Assembly: GCA_018065665.1 (NCBI GenBank)
Contig: JAGHSV010000034.1
Span: 1-56,050 of the forward strand
Source: Candidatus Sodaliphilus aphodohippi
GTDB lineage: Bacteria; Bacteroidota; Bacteroidia; Bacteroidales; Muribaculaceae
Direction: 5' to 3'
Length of the DNA stretch: 56,050 bases
The notes beneath the pieces were generated by a model. It did not search any database. It was not told where the DNA came from and saw nothing but the letters and a program-made list of their open reading frames with translations. Numbering within the stretch: position 1 is the first letter of the stretch; every line of letters begins with the position of its first letter. Shown here piece by piece: positions 50,053 through 56,050 of the stretch. The translations under genes and the position numbers were made by a program.

Positions 50053-50766
50053 TTACATATTGATGCAGTCGGGCACCTGGGTGATGGACGTGATCATGCA
50101 GGGATGGGTCTGGGCGTCTTCGTCTGCGGTCCAGCCTTTGCCTTTAATCCACAGCACCTTGCATCCGAGGCTCTCGGCAGGCACGATATCCTTGGTGATG
50201 CTGTCGCCAACGACAAGCACGTCGGCCGCCTCCATCTCGCGCGCGTCAACGCCCAGGCGGAACAGTGTGGGGTTGGGTTTGCGTACGCCCACAACGGCGC
50301 TCTCGATTACGCCCTTGAAATAGCGGCGAAGGTCAAAGTCGCGCAGCACGCTGTCGACGTTGCCATAGAAGTTGCTGACCAGCATCATCGGGTAGCGGCT
50401 GCTCAGGGTTTCCAGTATGGGGCGCGCCTCCTCGACACACTCGCGCGCGGCGTTATAGCAGTATTGTGCGATTGACTCGCAAAGCGACTGCGGAGCCTCG
50501 GCAATGATGCCGTTATCGACCAGGTTCCCCAGCTCGATGGCCATCTTCTTGCGCAGCAGGTCAAGGAACGTGTCGTTGGGCAGAATGTGCCTCACCCGCG
50601 CCAGTTCGCGCTCGGCAAAGACATAGCAGTCGCGGAACTGCTCCTTGGTGATGTTGACGCCGGCGTTGAGATAGCCCTTCCATATCACTTCGCTCCAGTG
50701 GACGGCGCGGCTGTCGATGGTGCCGCCGTAGTCAAAGATGATGCCCTTGATGTTGATTTTGTCCAT
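50053..50766 (-). CDS. HAD family hydrolase (inositol-lipid cluster)
   Basis: FDYGGTID, VSNFYGN, RKPNP, VGDSITKDI. Confidence 0.88.
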   Translation of the reverse strand: MDKINIKGIIFDYGGTIDSRAVHWSEVIWKGYLNAGVNITKEQFRDCYVFAERELARVRHILPNDTFLDLLRKKMAIELGNLVDNGIIAEAPQSLCESIAQYCYNAARECVEEARPILETLSSRYPMMLVSNFYGNVDSVLRDFDLRRYFKGVIESAVVGVRKPNPTLFRLGVDAREMEAADVLVVGDSITKDIVPAESLGCKVLWIKGKGWTADEDAQTHPCMITSITQVPDCINM

Positions 50767-50778
50767 ATCCTGATGTTG

Positions 50779-51738
50779 TCAAATTGTTTTCTTCATATCG
50801 GAGCAGATGTGCTCGTGACGTATCACCATGTAAACGAGCATGATATTGAGCACCACAAGTTCAAACACAAAGTAGAGCCAGGGCATCTTGATGATGACCG
50901 AGATGAACATGGCAATGATGCGGGTGTTGAACGAGAGCATGTTGGTGTACTTCATCAGCGGCAGGCTGCGTGCGCGGAAACGGTCGCGGAAGTCCTGTGC
51001 CACCCCGTCCTCGCCGTAGCGCTCGTGCAGCGCGGCGCGCAGTTGCTGCATGCGCGGTGTCAGGCGTTCCTGGCTGGCAGTATAACCGCGGTAGAAGAAC
51101 AGGGTGAACTTCTTGAAGAAGTCCTTGCCCCACGACAGCGTGTTGTAGGTCTCGGTCAGTTGGGTTGTGCTGTCGAGCTCGCTGCCGTCCTTGCCTTTGA
51201 GGAAGTACAGGTGGAACTGTCGGTAGTAGTCGGCCATGGCGGCTTGCTTGGCATGGCACAGCCCGGCAGCCACGGCAAGTGCCCAGATGGCCCACTGGTG
51301 CTGGCCAAAGTAGTTGCCAATCAGGTTGTCGCCAAAGTCGATTTCCCTCATCACGATGGCAATGTAGATGGCAATGAACCAGAAGTCGCCGCTGACGCCG
51401 TCCAGTATGCGCCCGATGCGTGAGTACTGCTGGGTAAGTCGCGCCAGCTGGCCGTCGGCGCTGTCGTAGGTGTTGGCCCAGATGATGAGGAAGATGCCCA
51501 GGTAGTTGAGCCACAGGTAGGGGCTTGCCCCAAAGTAGAGCAGAATGCCGCCACCGACGCCAAGAAATATTGACGCGATGGTCACCACGTTGGGGGATAT
51601 GCCCAGCTTGGCAAACAGTATTGCCCAGGCAAAGCCCAGCGGGCGGTAGAATGCAAGGTCGATGTGCTCCTCGGTGTCCATCGATTTGAGGGACGCCTTG
51701 TATTGTTGTTTTAAATCACTGAAAGCCATTTTCTTCAA
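50779..51738 (-). CDS. CDP-alcohol phosphatidyltransferase
   Basis: PNVVT and DSADGQLAR...SRIGRILDGVSGD signature; TM helices. Confidence 0.92.
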   Translation of the reverse strand: MKKMAFSDLKQQYKASLKSMDTEEHIDLAFYRPLGFAWAILFAKLGISPNVVTIASIFLGVGGGILLYFGASPYLWLNYLGIFLIIWANTYDSADGQLARLTQQYSRIGRILDGVSGDFWFIAIYIAIVMREIDFGDNLIGNYFGQHQWAIWALAVAAGLCHAKQAAMADYYRQFHLYFLKGKDGSELDSTTQLTETYNTLSWGKDFFKKFTLFFYRGYTASQERLTPRMQQLRAALHERYGEDGVAQDFRDRFRARSLPLMKYTNMLSFNTRIIAMFISVIIKMPWLYFVFELVVLNIMLVYMVIRHEHICSDMKKTI

Positions 51739-52607
51739 CCTTTGTTTTTGTATTCCTTGATGATTCCCAGAATGGCTTTTGCGATGTGTGGTGCAGCCTC
51801 GTTGCGGCAGGGCGCGAAACTGGGCCAGTCGTTGAAGTCGATGATGCGTATGCTGCCGTCCTCGGCAACGATGCAGTCTCCGCCATAAACAACGACGTTC
51901 AGTTCCTCGGCGGCGCGGTTGCAGATATCCTTGAGGTAGTCTTCGTCAAACTTGAAGCCCTTTGAGATGCCGTTGATTTGCTCCAGGCCATATTTGCTGT
52001 GGCCTTCGTCAAAGGGATAGAACCAGAAGAAGTAGGGCGAGCCCTTGATGCCGTAGAACTTGATGAGGTCGCCAACGAGGTGAACGTTGATGACGGCGCG
52101 GTTGATGCCGCGGTAGAAGTACTCCTGCAGCACTTCCTGTGCCTCCTCGGCGTGGCGGACATAGGACACGTCCTCCTTGTGCATGGCGTGGAAGTCGCCG
52201 CGTTTGATCCAGCAGCTCTGGAAGCCGGCTTCCTTGATGCGTTCCTTCACGTTCTCGTTGGTGTTGACGATGAGGCTGTCGGGGTATGGGATGCCGTTCC
52301 CCAGCAGTATGCGTGTCATGCGTTCGCGTGTGCAGTTCTCGATGCCGTAGCCCGAGTTGATGACGAGGCGGCCCTGGTCCTCCAGTTTCTGGAGGTTCTC
52401 GATTGACTCGCGCTCGCGGCACATGCTCAGTATGATGTTTTCTTCGACTCCGTTCTTGTTGAACTGTTCCTCGTTGTAGATGTTGACGAGGCATCCGCGC
52501 TTGCGCAGTTCGTCGGCAGTCGCGTTGAATATCGCGGTGTCGTTGCCGATGTGGTTGGGCGAATATGCGCCGGCTCTCATTATGCCGGCAATGGTGATTT
52601 CTGCCAT
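51735..52607 (-). CDS. Uncharacterised ATP-grasp fold protein
   Basis: GIPYP, WIKR, GDLIKFYG, YGGDCIV...IIDFNDWPSF; ATG at 52607; 4-nt overlap with the next gene. Confidence 0.7.
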   Translation of the reverse strand: MAEITIAGIMRAGAYSPNHIGNDTAIFNATADELRKRGCLVNIYNEEQFNKNGVEENIILSMCRERESIENLQKLEDQGRLVINSGYGIENCTRERMTRILLGNGIPYPDSLIVNTNENVKERIKEAGFQSCWIKRGDFHAMHKEDVSYVRHAEEAQEVLQEYFYRGINRAVINVHLVGDLIKFYGIKGSPYFFWFYPFDEGHSKYGLEQINGISKGFKFDEDYLKDICNRAAEELNVVVYGGDCIVAEDGSIRIIDFNDWPSFAPCRNEAAPHIAKAILGIIKEYKNKG

Positions 52608-52626
52608 AGTTGTATGCTGTATTTGG

Positions 52627-53328
52627 TTATTTCTCTTTAATGAATTCCTGTGCCACGGCGATATCGCTCGCGTGGTCAACGTCAATGATTTTGTCGATGG
52701 AGAACGCCTTGAGGTTGAAACCTGCCTCGACGAGTGCGCGCTGGAAGTTGCGCATGCGCGAGATGCCGTTCTCGATGCAGTGTTCCAGCACGGGGAACGC
52801 CTTGTCGCTCATGGCGTAGATGCCGCCCGACACATAGCGTGCGCCGGGGAATGCCGTGTCGTGGAATCCGGTGATTTTCATCTGTTCATCGACGCTGACA
52901 TAGAGGGGCTTCTCGTCCTCGATGAACGGGGTTACCGCCCACATGCCGTCGCTGCTGTCGTCGGCCTCGAAAGCCTCGATGTAGCGTGCGAAGTCGGGCT
53001 CGCGGAAGATGGTGTCGACTGTCGTGAGGCAGAACTTGCCGCGCGGCAGCACCTTGCTCAGTTCATAGAAACTGTGCATCGAGCTGGGTGTTGTCTTGAC
53101 CACCACCTTGAAGGGGATGCCCGGGTCGTATGCCTCGAGGGCTTCGCGCACCTCGGTCATGAACTCGTTGATGATGATGGTGACGCTCTGGGCGTTGCAC
53201 CGTTTGAAGATGTTGATGAGGCGTTTGACCATGGGCTCGCCGTTGAGTTCAACGAGCGGCTTTGGTTTGGCAACGCCTTCCTGTGCGAGTCTCGAGCCCT
53301 CGCCGGCTGCTATTATTGCGTAGTTCAT
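52627..53328 (-). CDS. NTP transferase (sugar/inositol-phosphate nucleotidyltransferase family)
   Basis: IIAAGEGSRL....PKPL, terminal DVD. Confidence 0.9.
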   Translation of the reverse strand: MNYAIIAAGEGSRLAQEGVAKPKPLVELNGEPMVKRLINIFKRCNAQSVTIIINEFMTEVREALEAYDPGIPFKVVVKTTPSSMHSFYELSKVLPRGKFCLTTVDTIFREPDFARYIEAFEADDSSDGMWAVTPFIEDEKPLYVSVDEQMKITGFHDTAFPGARYVSGGIYAMSDKAFPVLEHCIENGISRMRNFQRALVEAGFNLKAFSIDKIIDVDHASDIAVAQEFIKEK

Positions 53329-53346
53329 TGTAATGTTTTTATATGG

Positions 53347-54453
53347 TTATGCATCCTTGGTCAAGTCGAGCACGACGTTGTCCTTGCCGCGGTCAAAGTA
53401 CATCTTCTTCAGCGGGTTGGCGTTCGCCTCGTCGTGGCGTTCGCGGTTGCGGCAGATGTCGATGGCGGTGTAGATTGCCTGTCGCAGCGAGTTCTCGTTG
53501 GCGACGTTCTGGCCCGCGATGTCATATCCGGTGCCGTGGTCGGGGCTGGTGCGCACGTATGGCAGTCCGGCGGTGAAGTTCACGCCGTTGTCCATCGACA
53601 GCGCCTTGAACGCCGTCAGGCCCTGATCGTGATACATCGCCAGCACACCGTCAAAGTGACGGTAACTCTCGCTGCCAAAGAACCCGTCGGCTGCAAAGGG
53701 ACCGAAGCACAGCAGGTGCTCATCGTCGTATGACTTCTGGATTGCAGGTGCAATCACGTCTTTCTCCTCGTTGCCCAGCAGACCGTTCTCGCCCGAGTGG
53801 GGATTCAGGGCCAGCACGGCGATGCGTGGACGGCCGATGCCGAAGTCGCGTTTCAGCGACTTGTTGAACAGGCGCAGTTTCTTGCGGATATTGTCCTCGG
53901 TGATGGCCGGTGCCACCTGTGCTATTGGCAGGTGGGTGGTCACGAGCGCCACACGCAGGCTGTCGTTGCACAGCACCATCAGGGCTTTGTCGCCCTCTTC
54001 GCCCAGGCATGTCTCGAGATACTCGGTGTGGCCCGGGAACTTGAACTCATCGCTCTGGATAGTCTCTTTGTTGATGGGTGCGGTCACCATCACGTCGATG
54101 CGACCGCTCTTCAGGTCACTCACGGCTGCCTCCAGAGCCTGGAATGCCGCCGCACCCGCCTGCTTGTCGGGCTGGCCGAGTTCAACCTTGATTTCGGCCT
54201 TGGGGTCTCCCACCTCGACCAGGTTGACGGCATTGTCGTTGAACGGCTTGTCAGTTCCAACGATGTGGACATTGAACTGCTGGATTTTGAGGGCTTTGCG
54301 ATGATATGCCATAATCTTGCTCGACCCATATACCACCGGGGTGCACAGTTCGCAAAACTCGGGGCATGAAAGTGTTTTCAATATCACTTCATAGCCAATT
54401 CCGTTGGTGTCCCCTTGGGTAATGCCAACGCGTATCTTTCTTTCTTTTGCCAT
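53347..54453 (-). CDS. pdxA: 4-hydroxythreonine-4-phosphate dehydrogenase
   Basis: GDTNGIG, TAPINK, GHTEYL, LNPHSGE, MYHDQG, RTSPDHGT. Confidence 0.96.
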   Translation of the reverse strand: MAKERKIRVGITQGDTNGIGYEVILKTLSCPEFCELCTPVVYGSSKIMAYHRKALKIQQFNVHIVGTDKPFNDNAVNLVEVGDPKAEIKVELGQPDKQAGAAAFQALEAAVSDLKSGRIDVMVTAPINKETIQSDEFKFPGHTEYLETCLGEEGDKALMVLCNDSLRVALVTTHLPIAQVAPAITEDNIRKKLRLFNKSLKRDFGIGRPRIAVLALNPHSGENGLLGNEEKDVIAPAIQKSYDDEHLLCFGPFAADGFFGSESYRHFDGVLAMYHDQGLTAFKALSMDNGVNFTAGLPYVRTSPDHGTGYDIAGQNVANENSLRQAIYTAIDICRNRERHDEANANPLKKMYFDRGKDNVVLDLTKDA

Positions 54454-54640
54454 TAGTTATCAGTTGTTTTAAGTTTTAGTGAGGAGACAATATCTCGCCA
54501 CATTAATAAATAATCTGCTAAATTACAAAAAAAATCCCGAACATCCAAAAACACCCCCGCCACATAATAACAGAAAAGGGGCGCTCGCCCCCCCATACGC
54601 CCCACTTTTTTGACCTCACGCAGTTGGAGAGCGCTTCAGA

Positions 54641-54791
54641 TGACTCAAGAGCCTCTCCCAACCCTCCCCTAAAGGGAAGGGCTAACTATGAGGGTGTTAC
54701 AGCAATTCAGGTGACTCAGGAGCCTCTCCCAACCCTCCCCTAAAGGGAAGGGCTAACTATGAGGGTGTTACATTGACTCGGATGACTCAGG
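54641..54791 (+). repeat. 71-bp-period tandem REP-like repeat (two copies plus partial)
   Basis: TGACTCA at 54641, 54712 and 54783; identical core AGCCTCTCCCAACCCTCCCCTAAAGGGAAGGGCTAACTATGAGGGTGTTACA twice. Confidence 0.92.
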
Positions 54792-54985
54792 TGGTTGGTT
54801 TTTGTTAGTATTATCGTTTTCATCATGCTGGCAAAGATAGTGGTTTGGGTTCGGGTGGGCGATTGTAACCGGTGGAGCATGGAAGCAACTCCGTCATCAC
54901 TCTGCTGTCTGCAAAAATCCCCGCAGGCCCTCAGACGAGTGCCTACGGGGTTATACAGATAGCGTCTTACAGACACAGTATCATC

Positions 54986-55036
54986 GTAACGCCCTCATAG
55001 TTAGCCCTTCCCTTTAGGGGAGGGTTGGGAGAGGCT
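54986..55036 (-). repeat. Inverted third copy of the same REP-like core
   Basis: Reverse complement of the 54650-54700 core with one mismatch; abuts the stop codon at 55038. Confidence 0.92.
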
Positions 55037-55037
55037 T

Positions 55038-55862
55038 TTACTTCACCACTACTTTCTTTCCCTCATGGATATAGATGCCCGGGGCGTCCTCGGGGTGTTC
55101 CACCGGCTGGCCCATCAGGTTGTAGTAGCTGTCGTCAACTGGTCCCATGACCTTGATGTCATGCGTTGCGCTGTCCTCATCATAGACTTTCTTCCATTTG
55201 GCAAAATCCTGACTCTGGTAGATGACATTACCTTCGCTATCTTCCAAATGATCAAACCTGTATTCGGTCCATATCAAGCTCTCCCCACTACTATTGTACG
55301 GCATATATATCACTCCACCATAATTTCCCGAGCGAAAATCGTAATCAAAGCCGACACCTTCAATCTGGAGACGTTCCCAAGAATTCCCTTTATCAACTAT
55401 AAATCTTTTGCATTGAACATCATTGATAGTGATTGGTTCAATTTCTTCAGGGTCAGGGGTGTCAAAGAATGGATTAACATTAAAAGGTGAATTAAAGTCA
55501 ATCAATTTTGTGCCTTTTTCATCTGATGAGAAGTCCATCACGTTGTCGAAATCAAAGTCTGGCCATTTAAGGTATACCACTTTCTCCTGTTCACCCATAA
55601 TAGCAACAAATTGTTCAGGCTGAATTGGAGATGTGTAACGTTTGTAACATTTCTTGTATGTAAAACCATTTATGGTTGTATCCCCTTTGAAATAGACTTC
55701 AAAAGGTTTGTCTTTGAAAGTGCCTTCAATACAATCAACATCCAACTCATGATAAATCCACTTGACACCCTCGCGCACCAGGGGGATGTAGTCCGTTTGC
55801 TGGGATTGTGCAGAGGTCCAAATACACAAAACCGTAATAATTAAAATAAAAGATTTCTTCAT
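55038..55862 (-). CDS. Secreted hypothetical protein with T9SS-like C-terminal sorting domain
   Basis: Signal peptide; YIPLVREGVKW start; C-terminal YYNLMGQPV.....PGIYIHEGKKVVVK. Confidence 0.78.
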   Translation of the reverse strand: MKKSFILIITVLCIWTSAQSQQTDYIPLVREGVKWIYHELDVDCIEGTFKDKPFEVYFKGDTTINGFTYKKCYKRYTSPIQPEQFVAIMGEQEKVVYLKWPDFDFDNVMDFSSDEKGTKLIDFNSPFNVNPFFDTPDPEEIEPITINDVQCKRFIVDKGNSWERLQIEGVGFDYDFRSGNYGGVIYMPYNSSGESLIWTEYRFDHLEDSEGNVIYQSQDFAKWKKVYDEDSATHDIKVMGPVDDSYYNLMGQPVEHPEDAPGIYIHEGKKVVVK

Positions 55863-55903
55863 TTTGTTTTTGTTTTTGCAAAGTTATAAAAACTAGTTGT
55901 AAT

Positions 55904-55928
55904 AGAGGGTGTTTTCACCCTCTATTTT
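55904..55928. terminator. Intrinsic terminator hairpin
   Basis: AGAGGGTG-TTTT-CACCCTCT just beyond the stop of the partial CDS. Confidence 0.65.
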
Positions 55929-56050
55929 TAAAATGTTGATTTTGTCACGCTGAAAACTGCGTTTTTCTCCACCGAGAAGCCTGGCATCAGTTTTACATCA
56001 CCCTTGGCTTCAATCTCGTATTCAGCGCCGCTCTTGACAACAACATCGCC
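55928..56050 (-). CDS. 3' end of a gene running off the window
   Basis: Manual translation GDVVVKSGAEYEIEAKGDVKLMPGFSVEKNAVFSVTKSTF*, followed by a hairpin. Confidence 0.7.
   Translation of the reverse strand, partial: GDVVVKSGAEYEIEAKGDVKLMPGFSVEKNAVFSVTKSTF

Noticed and set aside
54641-54791. Possible CRISPR array
   Set aside because: Only two full units, repeat over 50 bp with a spacer under 20 bp, an inverted copy nearby, and no cas genes; fits a REP-like repeat better

Overview
A 56 kb chromosomal window from a Bacteroidales bacterium, inferred from SusC/SusD, TAnnTTTG -7 promoter elements and a T9SS-type C-terminal domain. Most genes are housekeeping or catabolic: recF, dciA-like, tRNA-Tyr, rpiB, yebC, obgE, pdxA, dacB, GH2, two GH92s, S9/M16/M23 peptidases and an orphan SusC/SusD pair. 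AT-rich single-gene insertions are interspersed (three AAA ATPases, a lipoprotein, an AlbA-domain remnant). Main points of interest: (1) an inositol-lipid-type operon (NTP transferase, uncharacterised ATP-grasp protein, CDP-alcohol phosphatidyltransferase, HAD) with ino1 about 8 kb downstream, where the ATP-grasp protein carries motifs reminiscent of ITPK1-type inositol phosphate kinases; (2) an integrase-free, stepwise gene-capture site at the ino1 3' end, with the terminator present three times, the last codons of ino1 duplicated, and a palindrome-bearing direct repeat bracketing the captured ATPase; (3) two inverted GH92 paralogues with homogenised 3' ends; (4) a frameshifted argR with a hexamer expansion; (5) several REP-like repeat families. 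All product calls come from motif recognition by eye; no database searches were run.
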